Source of the DNA: Candidatus Omnitrophota bacterium
GTDB taxonomy: Bacteria > Omnitrophota > Gorgyraeia > B26-G9
Length of the DNA stretch: 64,000 bases
NCBI GenBank assembly: GCA_043806135.1
Contig: JAZDHG010000016.1
Coordinates: 42,110-106,109, forward strand
Reading direction: 5' to 3'
Position 1 is the first letter of the stretch. The number at the start of each line of letters is the position of its first letter. The notes beneath the pieces were generated by a model. That model was not told the DNA's origin. It saw nothing but the letters and a program-made list of their open reading frames with translations, and ran no database searches. Made by a program: the position numbers and the translations under genes. Below are positions 1 to 10,466 of this stretch, piece after piece.

Positions 1-1
1 A

Positions 2-436
2 GATAATGGGCCTCTTGATATCGATGGCCGGCGCGGCTCAGGCAAATATGTTTATGATATTGCCGAAGGAGTTTATGCAAAAGACTGCGAAGCCGGTGAT
101 GTTGTATTGATAAGCGATAACGACCAGACCGATGTGATGAAATCATCAGGCAGTTTTGCCAATCGGGTAGCCGGCGTTATTTCGGAAGAGCCGAAGATTT
201 ACATGGGCTCAAACAAACACAAAGTTCCTCTGGCCTTAGCAGGTGTAGTAAAATGTAAAGTAAGCGCTGAAAACGGCAGTATAAAAAAAGGCGATTTGCT
301 GGTTACCTCTTCCTTGCCCGGGCATGCCATGAAAGCCATGCCCTCTGAGGTTAGGTCGGGCATGATTATCGGCAAGGCCATGGAGCCTTTAAAGGAAAAT
401 ACCGGCAAAATTCTTATACTGGTAAATAAACAATAA
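2..436 (+). CDS. Partial (5'-truncated by window edge) secreted paralog-family protein with a conserved C-terminal ~130-aa domain (family copy 1 of 3)
   Basis: The ORF runs from the window edge in the frame of the 107..436 ORF. Its C-terminal 140 aa align with the C-termini of the next two ORFs (motifs GGGKYxYDI, GDVVLISDD, RVAGVISE-PKIYMG, PLALAGVV-C, ENGSIKKGDLLVTSSLPGHAMKA). I did not recognise the domain. Confidence 0.6.
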   Translation, partial: DNGPLDIDGRRGSGKYVYDIAEGVYAKDCEAGDVVLISDNDQTDVMKSSGSFANRVAGVISEEPKIYMGSNKHKVPLALAGVVKCKVSAENGSIKKGDLLVTSSLPGHAMKAMPSEVRSGMIIGKAMEPLKENTGKILILVNKQ

Positions 437-446
437 AGAAAAAAAA

Positions 447-1259
447 ATGATAAAGAAATTATACGAAAAAATTTTAAAGACCAATAAAGAATATATCCTC
501 CTTTTCGTGATTATTGCTGTTTTGGGGTTTTTGATCTATTCACAAACAGTTGTTTCTCAGACTTCGCAGGATATAACCGTAACAACATTCTACCCTGCGC
601 CGTTCGGACAGTTTAATATAGTAAGCGCCAAGATATTTAAAGATTTCGATAATTCTAGCAGATATGCTGATCCCTCCCATGCCAGCCAGCTGCAGGGGCT
701 GCAGGTAACAAAAGGAATTATTACAGAGACGGTTTCCGGCCCAGGAGGAGGTTATAATTTTAATTTGTCTTCCGGAAACGCTAATTTGCAGGAGGTTTAT
801 GCAACGAGATTTTATCAGGGCGATCTCGGCCCTTATGGTATTGATGCGCAGCGCGGCGGAGGTAAATATATATATGATATTGCAGAAGGGGTTTTACCCT
901 CGGACGGTTGCGAAGCAGGTGACGTGGTTTTAATCAGTGATGATGAAAAGACTGATGTAATAAAATCATCTGTGCGTTTTGATAGCCGTGTGGCAGGAGT
1001 TATTTCTGAAGACCCTAAGATCTATATGGGTTCCGAAAAACAAAAGATCCCGCTGGCTTTAGCCGGAGTGGTCATGTGCAAGGCGACTACAGAAAACGGA
1101 AGCATAAAAAGAGGGGATTTGCTGGTTACCTCTTCCTTGCCCGGACATGCCATGAAGGCCTCTGGGCAGGAAGTCAAACCGGGCATGCTCATCGGAAAAG
1201 CAATGCAGCCTTTGAAAGAGAGTACGGGAAAAATTTATATATTAGTGAATAAAAAGTAA
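447..1259 (+). CDS. Secreted paralog-family protein (copy 2 of 3) with N-terminal signal/TM segment and the conserved C-terminal domain
   Basis: 270-aa ORF with a hydrophobic N-terminus (ILLFVIIAVLGFLIYSQ). Its C-terminal ~135 aa are nearly identical in motif content to copies 1 and 3. An RBS-like purine-rich stretch lies upstream. Confidence 0.6.
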   Translation: MIKKLYEKILKTNKEYILLFVIIAVLGFLIYSQTVVSQTSQDITVTTFYPAPFGQFNIVSAKIFKDFDNSSRYADPSHASQLQGLQVTKGIITETVSGPGGGYNFNLSSGNANLQEVYATRFYQGDLGPYGIDAQRGGGKYIYDIAEGVLPSDGCEAGDVVLISDDEKTDVIKSSVRFDSRVAGVISEDPKIYMGSEKQKIPLALAGVVMCKATTENGSIKRGDLLVTSSLPGHAMKASGQEVKPGMLIGKAMQPLKESTGKIYILVNKK

Positions 1260-1270
1260 ATAAAAAATAT

Positions 1271-2140
1271 ATGCGAAATTTAAAAATTAAAATTGTTTTT
1301 GTGGTTTATTTATCCTTAAGCTCGGCCTTTGTCCTGTTATTTTCTCCCCGGAGTTTTGCCCAGCAGGGCTCAGCACAATCAGTGGAGGTTTCCGGTTATA
1401 GTTTTAATACCAGTACCGCAAATATGATCGGGGTTGCTTATGGAGTGGTGGTGAGTAAAAGGTTTAATGATGCGGATAATGCCGTCTATTATCTTGACCC
1501 AAGCGGGGATAGTCAGTTTGCATCTCTGCGGGTTTGGGATGGGATACTTTTGGATTACGATTCTAACTCTATTGGTTCTCCGTTTTTATTACGTCATATC
1601 ACAAGCGCTTATCATATTAATTTTAACGATGCAGGGGCTAATCCAGGCTATGCCAGGTTCAATTGGTTAAGAGCTTTTAAATTTCATATGGAAGACGAAG
1701 GTCCCTTGTTCATGGACGCGCAGAGAGGCGGGGGGAAATTGGTTTATGATATTTCCGAGGCAGTGCTTGCTGCTGAAGGAGAACCGGGAGATGTGATGGT
1801 TATCAGCCAGGATGAAGATATAACCGTGGTTAAATCAAAAAAGAAATATGATTTAAAAATAGCCGGAGTGATATCATCAGATCCGAAGATCTATATGGGA
1901 TATTCTCCTGAGCCTGAGAAAGACAGCAGATATAGACCGCTGGCTTTAGCAGGCATTGTACTTTGCAATGTTACTGCCGAAAACGGGGCGATTAAAAAAG
2001 GAGATATCTTAGTCAGTTCGTCCTTGTCCGGACATGCAATGAGAGCAGATCCGGAGAAAATAACTCCGGGCATGATTTTGGGCAGTGCGTTGGGAAGTCT
2101 GGATAAAGGCGAGGGTAAAATATATATTCTTGTAAATTAA
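1271..2140 (+). CDS. Secreted paralog-family protein (copy 3 of 3)
   Basis: 289 aa with a signal peptide (VFVVYLSLSSAFVLLFSPRSFAQQ). It shares the KF-D-DN--Y-DPS motif with copy 2 and the C-terminal domain (DAQRGGGK, GDVMVIS, IAGVISSDPKIYMG, PLALAGIVLC, GDILVSSSLSGHAMRA) with copies 1 and 2. Confidence 0.6.
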   Translation: MRNLKIKIVFVVYLSLSSAFVLLFSPRSFAQQGSAQSVEVSGYSFNTSTANMIGVAYGVVVSKRFNDADNAVYYLDPSGDSQFASLRVWDGILLDYDSNSIGSPFLLRHITSAYHINFNDAGANPGYARFNWLRAFKFHMEDEGPLFMDAQRGGGKLVYDISEAVLAAEGEPGDVMVISQDEDITVVKSKKKYDLKIAGVISSDPKIYMGYSPEPEKDSRYRPLALAGIVLCNVTAENGAIKKGDILVSSSLSGHAMRADPEKITPGMILGSALGSLDKGEGKIYILVN

Positions 2141-2169
2141 TAAAACATTAAATTACGCGCAGACAAAAA

Positions 2170-2200
2170 GGAAGACAGATAACTCTGTCTTCCTTGTTCT
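2170..2200 (+). terminator. Putative rho-independent terminator after the paralog triplet
   Basis: A GGAAGACAG / CTGTCTTCC stem with a 6-nt loop is followed by a TTGTTCT run, directly after the stop of ORF 1271..2140. Confidence 0.4.
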
Positions 2201-2268
2201 CATCGTCTGTAAATATGTTTGGGCACTTATTGTTGTTTTTAAATCAATATATTTAATATTCGTGAGAG

Positions 2269-3939
2269 GTGATTATGCTGAGAAGTGAAAAAATTAAAAA
2301 TGGCCTGGAGCGTGCGCCGCATCGGGCATTATTGTTCGGAACCGGTCTTTCCCGATCGGATTTAAAAAAACCTTTTATTGCTGTGGCCAGTTCTTATAAT
2401 GATTTTATACCCGGGCATGTGGGCATGCGCGATTTGGAACGTTTTATCGAACGCGGCATTATAAGCCAGGGAGGAGTGCCGTTTTTCTTCGGCGTGCCCG
2501 GGATCTGCGACGGGATTGCCATGGGCCATGAGGGTATGCATTATCCTCTTGCCTCCAGAGAATTGATCGCGGATTCTGTGGAATCAGTAGCCCGCGCGCA
2601 TTGCGTGGATGGGCTGGTTTGTCTTACAAACTGTGATAAGATAACTCCCGGTATGCTCATGGCTATAGCCCGCTTAAATATACCCGCGATTGTAATTACC
2701 GCAGGGCCCATGCTTTCAGGGCGCCTTGGGAAGAAAAAACTGTCTTTTGTCAGAGATACTTTTGAGGCGCTTGCCCAGGCACAGCGCGGGGAAATAACTA
2801 AGGAAGAACTATCCTGCCTAGAAATGGAAGCATGTCCGGGGCAGGGGTCGTGTCAGGGGCTTTATACAGCTAATACCATGGCCTGCTTAACTGAGGCCAT
2901 GGGCATGTCGCTGCCGGGTTGTGCTACCGCTCTTGCGGGAATGGCTAAGAAAAAAAGAATCGCTCAGGCAAGCGGAGAAAGAATTGTACATTTGATCAGA
3001 GAAGATATTACGCCAAGTAAAATTATGAACAAGAAGTCCTTGAAAAATGCGATCATGGTCGATATGGCTTTGGGAGGATCGAGCAATACCGTATTGCATT
3101 TGCTGGCGATAGCTAATGAGTGCAAGGTAAATATCCCGCTTGAGCGCTTTGATGAGATAAGTAAGCAGACGCCGCATATCACCAATTTAAGGCCTGGCGG
3201 CGAATATTTTATGGAAGATCTGGAATACGCAGGCGGTATTCCTGCTGTTTTAAAACGATTGAACAAAAAACTTAATGATAATCTGACTGTTTCAGGGCAG
3301 ATGATAAAACATATTGCTGAGGGTGCGCAGATCTTTGATGAGGATGTTATCAGGCCTCTGGATAAGGCTTATCACAAAGAAGGGGGCATAGCGATCCTGT
3401 ATGGAAACCTGGCTCCTGAGGGTGCGGTTGTCAAGCAGTCTGCGGTAAGCGATAAGATGATGTACTTTAAAGGCAAGGCCAGAGTTTATAACAGCGAAGA
3501 GGCAGTAATGAAGGAAATCCTTGCCGGTAAGGTTAAAAAGGGCACTGTTCTTGTGGTTCGTTATGAGGGGCCTTGCGGCGGTCCGGGCATGAGAGAAATG
3601 CTTGCGCCTACAGCGGCAATTGTGGGCATGGGGCTTGCAGAAGATGTGGCCTTGATCACGGACGGAAGATTTTCCGGAGGGACACGCGGGCCTTGCCTGG
3701 GGCATATATCGCCTGAGGCATCAGCCGGCGGTCCGATAGCCGCAATTAAAAATAATGATCAGATAATAATCGATATACGCAAAAGAAAACTGCATTTGTG
3801 TGTAGATAAGAAGGAGTTGAGGCAGAGGCTGCGGAAAGTTCGTCATCCGCAGCCAAAAGTAACTACTGGATGGCTTGTGCGCTATGCAAAAATGGTTAGT
3901 TCTGCAAGCACAGGAGCTATATTGAAAAGTGATTTTTAA
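2269..3939 (+). CDS. ilvD: Dihydroxy-acid dehydratase
   Basis: 556 aa with the IlvD/EDD signature ([27 protein letters not shown]) and a length typical of IlvD. Confidence 0.92.
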   Translation: MIMLRSEKIKNGLERAPHRALLFGTGLSRSDLKKPFIAVASSYNDFIPGHVGMRDLERFIERGIISQGGVPFFFGVPGICDGIAMGHEGMHYPLASRELIADSVESVARAHCVDGLVCLTNCDKITPGMLMAIARLNIPAIVITAGPMLSGRLGKKKLSFVRDTFEALAQAQRGEITKEELSCLEMEACPGQGSCQGLYTANTMACLTEAMGMSLPGCATALAGMAKKKRIAQASGERIVHLIREDITPSKIMNKKSLKNAIMVDMALGGSSNTVLHLLAIANECKVNIPLERFDEISKQTPHITNLRPGGEYFMEDLEYAGGIPAVLKRLNKKLNDNLTVSGQMIKHIAEGAQIFDEDVIRPLDKAYHKEGGIAILYGNLAPEGAVVKQSAVSDKMMYFKGKARVYNSEEAVMKEILAGKVKKGTVLVVRYEGPCGGPGMREMLAPTAAIVGMGLAEDVALITDGRFSGGTRGPCLGHISPEASAGGPIAAIKNNDQIIIDIRKRKLHLCVDKKELRQRLRKVRHPQPKVTTGWLVRYAKMVSSASTGAILKSDF

Positions 3940-4174
3940 AAAAAGGAACACTTTTAATTATTACCTGGAAAGCTTGGCAGAGATTCAGGGTTTACCCTGC
4001 ATCAATATTTAACATTAGGGATTTTTCGGAACAATAGACAATTATGCATAATAAGCTGTGCTTGTGGATTAAAGTAAGCCTGGTATATGGTACGGGGTTT
4101 AATCACAGACAGTCTAGAAAGCTTATCCCGCCAAAAAGCGGCAGGATCTGCTCATTAAAAAAGGAACACTAAAA

Positions 4175-5842
4175 ATGAAGAAAAATGGTGCGCAAATAAT
4201 AGTGGAGTCGTTATTGCAAGAAGGAGTAAGCGTTATTTTTGGTTACCCCGGAGGTTCTGTTTTACCGCTAACCGATGTTCTCTATGATGCACCGATTAAT
4301 TTTGTACTGGTCAGACATGAGCAGGCAGCGGCGCATGCTGCTGACGGATATGCGCGGGCAACAGGTAAAGTAGGCGTTTGCATGGCGACTTCAGGTCCCG
4401 GAGCTACTAATCTTGTAACCGGGCTGGCAACGGCACACATGGATTCTATTCCGATGGTGGCTATTACCGGACAGGTAAAAACACATCTGATCGGTAACGA
4501 TGCGTTTCAGGAAGCAGACATTACCGGTATTACTAGGCCGATCACAAAACATAACTATCTGATTAAAGATATTTCCGAACTTGCCGTTACAATAAAAGAG
4601 GCTTTTCATATTGCTGCAACCGGAAGACCGGGGCCTGTTGTCATAGACGTTCCGGTTGACGTGCAGATGCAGGAGATGGAGTTTTCTTATCCTGAAAAAG
4701 TGTCTCTGCGTTCATATAAACCGACGATTAATCCGCATCCCGGGCAGGTGAAGAAAGCGGCAAAATTGATAGAAAAAAGTAAAAGACCGGTGATTTATGC
4801 CGGGGGAGGCGTGATTATAAGCCAAGCGCATGATCAGCTCTTAGAGCTTGCGTTTAAAATAAAAGCACCGGTAACAACCACCTTGATGGGGCTGGGAGCA
4901 TTTCCTGAGGATAACGAGTTGTCCTTAGGGATGCTGGGAATGCACGGGACGGTTTATGCTAACCTCTCCATTATGGAAAGCGATTTGATCATTGCGGTGG
5001 GAGCACGTTTTGATGACCGCGTTACGGGTAGAATTGATAAGTTCGCGCCTGATGCTAAAGTTATCCATATTGATATTGATCCGACAGCAATCAATAAGAA
5101 TATCCGAGTTGACATCCCGATCGTCTGCGATGCAAAAATCGGATTACAGGCGCTTAATAAAATAGTAAAAAAGCCCAATACCAAAGAATGGCTGAAAAAG
5201 GTATTTGATTGGAAAAAGAAATATCCTTTAAAGTATAAGCTGGGGAAAAAGATCAACCCGCAGTATGTTGTAGAGCAGATATACAAAATCACTAAGGGTG
5301 ATGCGATTATCTGCACTGAGGTCGGACAGAATCAGATGTGGGCGGCGCAATACTATACTTATACAAAGCCGCGCACATGGATCTCTTCCGGCGGTTTAGG
5401 TACAATGGGTTATGGATTTCCTGCGGCTATAGGCGCTAAGATCGGAAGACCGGACAAGCTGGTTTTTGATATTGCCGGCGACGGTTCTATCCAGATGAAT
5501 ATTCAGGAACTGGCTACGGCAGTGGCGAATAAGATTAATGTGAAAATTGCCATTTTGAATAACGGATATCTGGGTATGGTGCGTCAATGGCAGGAATTGT
5601 TTTACAACAGGCGTTATTCAAGCACGCATATTACAGGGCCTGATTTTGTTAAGCTGGCCGAAAGTTATGGGGCTGTGGGTATTCGCGTCAAAGACCCAAA
5701 GGATGTGGCCAAAGCGATAAAACAGGCGATAGCGACCCCGAACGTGGTAATAATGGATTTTATCGTCGAGGAAGAAGAAAACGTGTTTCCGATGGTTCCT
5801 GCCGGAGAGGCGATCAACAGAATGATCGGCGGCATGGCATAA
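4175..5842 (+). CDS. ilvB: Acetolactate synthase large (catalytic) subunit
   Basis: 555 aa. TPP-enzyme motifs are present ([33 protein letters not shown]), and ilvN follows. Confidence 0.9.
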   Translation: MKKNGAQIIVESLLQEGVSVIFGYPGGSVLPLTDVLYDAPINFVLVRHEQAAAHAADGYARATGKVGVCMATSGPGATNLVTGLATAHMDSIPMVAITGQVKTHLIGNDAFQEADITGITRPITKHNYLIKDISELAVTIKEAFHIAATGRPGPVVIDVPVDVQMQEMEFSYPEKVSLRSYKPTINPHPGQVKKAAKLIEKSKRPVIYAGGGVIISQAHDQLLELAFKIKAPVTTTLMGLGAFPEDNELSLGMLGMHGTVYANLSIMESDLIIAVGARFDDRVTGRIDKFAPDAKVIHIDIDPTAINKNIRVDIPIVCDAKIGLQALNKIVKKPNTKEWLKKVFDWKKKYPLKYKLGKKINPQYVVEQIYKITKGDAIICTEVGQNQMWAAQYYTYTKPRTWISSGGLGTMGYGFPAAIGAKIGRPDKLVFDIAGDGSIQMNIQELATAVANKINVKIAILNNGYLGMVRQWQELFYNRRYSSTHITGPDFVKLAESYGAVGIRVKDPKDVAKAIKQAIATPNVVIMDFIVEEEENVFPMVPAGEAINRMIGGMA

Positions 5843-5857
5843 CTGTAAAAAGTAGAG

Positions 5858-6016
5858 AGTAGCAAGAAGCGAGTAGCGAGAAAATAATAGAATAAAAACA
5901 TGATAAAAAAAATTATAAAACATTAATAGTAATTTTCGGATTATTAAAAATAATTTTATAATTGTAATGTTTAAATGAGAGGGTATAAAAATTTTGTCTT
6001 GCTACTCTCTACTCGC
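5858..6016. repeat. Long inverted repeat (16-nt perfect arms AGTAGAGAGTAGCAAG plus flanking GTAGCGAG motifs) enclosing an AT-rich ~120-nt loop, in the ilvB-ilvN intergenic region
   Basis: Read directly from the sequence: the arms are at about 5862-5877 and 5997-6012 in reverse complement. The element lies between ilvB and ilvN. Confidence 0.5.
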
Positions 6017-6039
6017 TACTTATAAATAAGGAGAATAAC

Positions 6040-6513
6040 ATGAAGCATACAATTTATGCATTAGTTGAAAACAAGCCGGGCGTGCTTGCCAGAATTTCAG
6101 GCCTGTTCAGCGCGCGTGGTTTTAATATTGAGTCTTTGGCGGTCGGGGAAACGCATGATCCGACGATGTCCCGGATGACGATGATCGTTGATGCCCAAGA
6201 TGAAAAAATACTGGAGCAGATCAAGAAACAACTGAACAAGCTTATTGATGTTGTTACGGTTGGGGATCTGACAAAGAAAAAATTTATTGAAAGGGAGCTT
6301 GTATTGATTAAGGTCAATACAGCCAATATTTCCAGACAGAAAATAACCGCAATGCTTAATAAATTTTCCGTAAGGATTTTATCTTATGATAAGACTGCGG
6401 CAATTATCGAAGCAACTGAGACAAAGACGCAGATAAAGATGTTGCTGGAAACTCTGGGTAAGCTGGGCATAAAAGAGCTGGTAAGAACGGGAAGAATCGC
6501 TATTGCAGAATAA
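6040..6513 (+). CDS. ilvN: Acetolactate synthase small (regulatory) subunit, ACT domain
   Basis: 157 aa with the N-terminus MKHTIYALVENKPGVLARISGLFSARGFNIESLAVGET, typical of IlvN/IlvH. Confidence 0.88.
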   Translation: MKHTIYALVENKPGVLARISGLFSARGFNIESLAVGETHDPTMSRMTMIVDAQDEKILEQIKKQLNKLIDVVTVGDLTKKKFIERELVLIKVNTANISRQKITAMLNKFSVRILSYDKTAAIIEATETKTQIKMLLETLGKLGIKELVRTGRIAIAE

Positions 6514-6675
6514 AGACATCTTATAAATAAAAAGCAGGAGGATGTTTTGATTGCAGAGATTAAGAAATCGATCACAGCGATTTGCTAATAAAAAGTAATC
6601 TTTGTAATCTTTTGATAATCTGTGTAATTAGGCATAATCCATTTCATGAGAGAGGATTATGCCAGGAGAGTTTCT

Positions 6676-7746
6676 ATGCTGGAAATAAAGGAATTGTTAA
6701 AGCTTATTGTCGAAAAAGGGGCATCAGATCTGCATTTAACCGTAGGTATTCCTCCGCAGCTTAGAATAGGCGGGCAGCTTACGTATATAGAAAATACTGA
6801 GGTGCTTACTCCGGAATCGATTCAGAAGCTGGCACATAGTCTTTTGACCGGCGATCAGATTAAATGGTTTGAATTAAAAAAAGAGCTTGATTTTTCCTGC
6901 GGGCTTCCTGAAATAAGCCGTTTTCGTGTGAACTTGTTTTATCAACGGGGATCTATTGCCTTAGCGGCACGCGTGATACCGTTTATTATCCCGACTATAG
7001 AAGAGTTAAAGCTTCCTGATGTGGTCAAGGATTATGCCGATAAACCAAACGGGCTGGTTTTAATAACCGGAGCAACAGGAAGCGGAAAATCAACTACGCA
7101 GGCGGCAATAATAGATTATATTAACAAAAGGCGCAGGGCGCATATTATATCGATAGAAGATCCAATAGAATATCTGCATAGACATAACTTGTGTACGATA
7201 AATCAACGCCAATTAGGTACTGATACACTATCTTTCCAGGAAGCGTTGAAGCATGTGTTGCGGCAGGATCCGGATATTGTTATTATCGGTGAGATGCGGG
7301 ATCTGGAAACAATCCAGGCGGCCTTGACGATTGCCGAAACCGGACATCTGGTCTTTGCGACATTGCATACAGGAAGCGCGGTTAATTCCATAAGCCGTAT
7401 TGTGGATGTTTTTCCGGCGCATCAGCAGCAGCAAATACGCGTGCAGCTTTCACTTGTGCTTTTGGGAGTTCTGGTGCAGCAGCTTATTCCCAACGCAAAG
7501 GGCAAAGGCAGGTCACTGGCAATGGAAGTTATGACGGTAATTACCGGTATCCAGAACCTGATCCGGGAAAATCAGACCCATCAGATCTATTCGCTGATCC
7601 AGACCGGCCGGCGTCACGGAATGTATACGATGAATCAATCGCTGTGTGATCTGATTTTTAGCGGAAAAATAACTTTTGAGGAAGGGCTTAAACATACGCT
7701 AGATGAAGAAGAATTAACTACTTTACTGCAAAAAGCAAAAAAATGA
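6676..7746 (+). CDS. pilT: Type IV pilus retraction ATPase PilT family (twitching motility protein)
   Basis: Walker A ([10 protein letters not shown]), the PilT/GspE secretion-NTPase fold and a length of about 356 aa. I take the ATG at 6676 as the start because a GGAG lies 8 nt upstream; the ORF track begins 30 nt earlier. Confidence 0.85.
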   Translation: MLEIKELLKLIVEKGASDLHLTVGIPPQLRIGGQLTYIENTEVLTPESIQKLAHSLLTGDQIKWFELKKELDFSCGLPEISRFRVNLFYQRGSIALAARVIPFIIPTIEELKLPDVVKDYADKPNGLVLITGATGSGKSTTQAAIIDYINKRRRAHIISIEDPIEYLHRHNLCTINQRQLGTDTLSFQEALKHVLRQDPDIVIIGEMRDLETIQAALTIAETGHLVFATLHTGSAVNSISRIVDVFPAHQQQQIRVQLSLVLLGVLVQQLIPNAKGKGRSLAMEVMTVITGIQNLIRENQTHQIYSLIQTGRRHGMYTMNQSLCDLIFSGKITFEEGLKHTLDEEELTTLLQKAKK

Positions 7747-7762
7747 AAAGAAAGAGAAGGTT

Positions 7763-8764
7763 ATGGTAAAGATATATTATGAAAAAGATGCGGATTTAAA
7801 AATGCTGAAAAACAAGACGATTGGAATCATCGGTTACGGAAGCCAGGGGCATGCCCAGGCGCAGAACCTGCGCGATTCAGGCGTAAAAGTCATTGTATCG
7901 GAAATAAAGGGCACGGCGAACTACAAGCTGGCAAAATCACACGGATTCGATCCGATAAGTGCGGCAGAACTTGTAAAAAAAGCGGATATTATTCAGATCT
8001 TAGTCCCGGATGAGTTCCAGGCTGAGCTTTATAATAATGATATCAAGCCGAATATCGCATCCGGCAAGGCCATAATGTTTTCGCATGGTTTTAATATAAA
8101 CTTTGGACAGATCGTGCCTGAGAAAAATATAGATGTGTTCATGATCGCTCCTAAAGGACCGGGGCATCTTGTAAGGAGCGAATATGAAAAAGGCGGCGGA
8201 GTTCCTTGTCTTGTTGCTATTTTTCAAGATGCATCCGGCAATGCTAAAAAAATTGCACTGGCTTATGGCAAGGGGATAGGCGGTGCGCGCGCCGGGATTA
8301 TTGAAACCACGTTTAAGGAGGAAACAGAGACGGATCTTTTCGGCGAACAGGTTGTTCTGTGCGGCGGCGTTACAGAGCTTGTTAAAAAAGGTTTTGAGAC
8401 ATTGACAGAAGCAGGATATCAGCCGGAGATCGCTTACTTTGAATGCCTGCATGAGCTTAAATTGATCGTGGATCTTTTTTATCAAGGCGGAGTGAATTAT
8501 ATGCGCTATTCTGTTTCTAATACCGCTGAATACGGTGATCTGACCCGCGGCAAGAGGATAGTTACGGATGCTACTAAACGCGAAATGAAAAAGATCCTTA
8601 CCGAAATCCAGGATGGCAGTTTTGCCAAGGAATGGATGGATGAGTGTAAAAACGGGAAAAAGAACTTTAAGAAAATGGAAGAGGAAGGAAAGAATCATCC
8701 GCTTGAGATAGTCGGACGCGATCTGCGCAAGATGATGAAGTGGATTAATGCTAAGGAAGTTTAA
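7763..8764 (+). CDS. ilvC: Ketol-acid reductoisomerase
   Basis: 333 aa with a Rossmann motif ([20 protein letters not shown]) and the conserved KARI C-terminal domain. Confidence 0.92.
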   Translation: MVKIYYEKDADLKMLKNKTIGIIGYGSQGHAQAQNLRDSGVKVIVSEIKGTANYKLAKSHGFDPISAAELVKKADIIQILVPDEFQAELYNNDIKPNIASGKAIMFSHGFNINFGQIVPEKNIDVFMIAPKGPGHLVRSEYEKGGGVPCLVAIFQDASGNAKKIALAYGKGIGGARAGIIETTFKEETETDLFGEQVVLCGGVTELVKKGFETLTEAGYQPEIAYFECLHELKLIVDLFYQGGVNYMRYSVSNTAEYGDLTRGKRIVTDATKREMKKILTEIQDGSFAKEWMDECKNGKKNFKKMEEEGKNHPLEIVGRDLRKMMKWINAKEV

Positions 8765-8771
8765 TTAAAAA

Positions 8772-8870
8772 AATAGTTACTAATGGTTACTAAAGGTTAA
8801 TAAAGGTTTCTAAAGGTGGCAACAAGAAGTAATTAAATTTGGTAACTATTTGTAACTGTTTGTAACCTTT
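8772..8870. repeat. Phased 10-bp repeat array (GGTTACTAAT/GGTTACTAAA/GGTTAATAAA/GGTTTCTAAA then GTAACTATTT/GTAACTGTTT/GTAACC) upstream of leuA
   Basis: Read directly from the sequence. The helical-phase periodicity of GTTAC/GTAAC units ends about 15 nt before the leuA start. Confidence 0.6.
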
Positions 8871-8885
8871 AATGGGTGATAAGTC

Positions 8886-10418
8886 ATGAAGAAGATAAAG
8901 ATATTTGATACAACGCTAAGGGACGGAGAACAGGCTCCGGGAGCCAGTCTGAGCGGTCAGGAGAAACTTGAAGTTGCACATCAGCTGGTGCGTCTTGGCG
9001 TGGATGTGATCGAAGCAGGCTTTCCTATCTCTTCTCCGGGTGATTTTGACTCTGTAAAGCAAATAGCCCGCAAGGTAAAGGGAGCAACTATTTGCGGCCT
9101 GGCAAGGTCATTAAACAAAGATATAGAGGCTGCGGCTATGGCGCTTAAGCCGGCAAAAAGAAAACGTATCCACGTTTTTCTGGCAACATCTAAAATCCAT
9201 ATGAAATATAAACTAAGAAAAGCAGAAAGTGAAATACTCAAGATAGCCGAATCCGCAGTCAAGTATGCGCGAAAATTCTCTGCTGATGTCCAGTTTTCTC
9301 CGGAAGACGCTTCGCGTACAGAAAGAGAGTTTCTTTACCGGGTTATCGAAAGGGTGATCAAGGCAGGAGCAACAACGGTTAATATACCCGATACGGTAGG
9401 GTTTGCCCAGCCCGATGAATTCGGAGGGCTTATCCATGCCATAGTTAATAATGTGCCTAATGTGAACAAGGCGGTTATTGCCGTACATTGTCATAATGAC
9501 CTGGGTCTTGCCGTGGCTAACTCCCTTGCGGCTATCCGCAGCGGGGCAGGTCAGGTTGAGTGCACGATCAACGGCATTGGAGAAAGAGCCGGCAATGCTG
9601 CCTTAGAAGAGATAGTTCTTAGCATGCGCACCCGGAAAGATCATTTTAAAAATATTTACACGGATATTAATACGAAAGAGATCTATAAAACCAGCCGGCT
9701 GGTAAGTAAGCTGACTGGATTTGTAGTTGCGCCTAATAAAGCCATTGTCGGAGGAAATGCTTTCCGGCATGAGTCAGGAATCCATCAGGATGGGATGCTT
9801 AAAAAAAGACAGACTTATGAGATTATCAAACCCGAAGATGTCGGATTTTACGGCGAAGGTCTTGTGCTTGGAAAACATTCAGGCAGGCATGCGCTTTCGA
9901 AGCGGCTTGAACAGATCGGGTTTAAGCTGAATAAAGCCCAGCTGCAAAAGGCATTCATGCGCTTTAAAGAGCTTGCAGATAAGAAGAAAGAGGTTTTTGA
10001 AGAAGATCTTATGTCTATTGTTGAGGAACAGATGAAAGATGTCCCTGAAGTTTGGAGCCTGGTGGGACTAGATTTTTGCGGCGGTATAGGTGTTGAACCT
10101 AAGGCCACACTTTGGCTCAAAAAAAGCAAAAAGATATATAAGAAAACATCAAACGGAGACGGCCCGGTAGATGCCTGCTATAAGGCGATCGAAAAAATAA
10201 CCGGTATTAAAGCAAAACTGCTGGATTATTCCATTAAAGCTATTACCCGCGGTAAAGACGCGTTGGGAGAGGTTAATGTAAAGTTGAAGATAAAGCAGGA
10301 GGAGATCGGAGCGCGTGCGGCAAGCACCGACATTATTGAAGCTTCGGCTAAGGCCTATCTTAACGCTATAAACAGAGTACTGTTTAAAGCTAAAAAGGCT
10401 AATTCAATACGGCTTTAG
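8886..10418 (+). CDS. leuA: 2-isopropylmalate synthase (LeuA/CimA family, with C-terminal LeuA-dimer regulatory domain)
   Basis: 510 aa with the N-terminal motifs IFDTTLRDGEQAPG and HCHNDLGLAVANSLAA. The C-terminal ~130-aa regulatory domain is present. The sequence alone cannot exclude citramalate synthase. Confidence 0.8.
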   Translation: MKKIKIFDTTLRDGEQAPGASLSGQEKLEVAHQLVRLGVDVIEAGFPISSPGDFDSVKQIARKVKGATICGLARSLNKDIEAAAMALKPAKRKRIHVFLATSKIHMKYKLRKAESEILKIAESAVKYARKFSADVQFSPEDASRTEREFLYRVIERVIKAGATTVNIPDTVGFAQPDEFGGLIHAIVNNVPNVNKAVIAVHCHNDLGLAVANSLAAIRSGAGQVECTINGIGERAGNAALEEIVLSMRTRKDHFKNIYTDINTKEIYKTSRLVSKLTGFVVAPNKAIVGGNAFRHESGIHQDGMLKKRQTYEIIKPEDVGFYGEGLVLGKHSGRHALSKRLEQIGFKLNKAQLQKAFMRFKELADKKKEVFEEDLMSIVEEQMKDVPEVWSLVGLDFCGGIGVEPKATLWLKKSKKIYKKTSNGDGPVDACYKAIEKITGIKAKLLDYSIKAITRGKDALGEVNVKLKIKQEEIGARAASTDIIEASAKAYLNAINRVLFKAKKANSIRL

Positions 10419-10466
10419 TTGTATTCTGAAATATTGCTTGGTGAAAGAGATTAAAAATAAGAAAAC

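Noticed and set aside
447-1259. Biotinyl/lipoyl-domain assignment for the paralog C-terminal domain because of AMK tripeptides
   Set aside because: The spacing between the GD motif and AMK (10 residues versus 6) and the absence of the E-AMKM context do not match the biotin-attachment motif, so the resemblance is probably coincidental.
8000-8698. 232-aa minus-strand ORF inside ilvC (similar antisense ORFs occur at 26280-26909 inside cheW/cheY, 60865-61185 inside trkH, 62869-63333 inside the ahb radical SAM gene, and 3292-3705 inside ilvD)
   Set aside because: These lie entirely within well-supported plus-strand genes with strong homology signatures. They are low-complexity and lack motifs, so they are shadow ORFs of the opposite strand.
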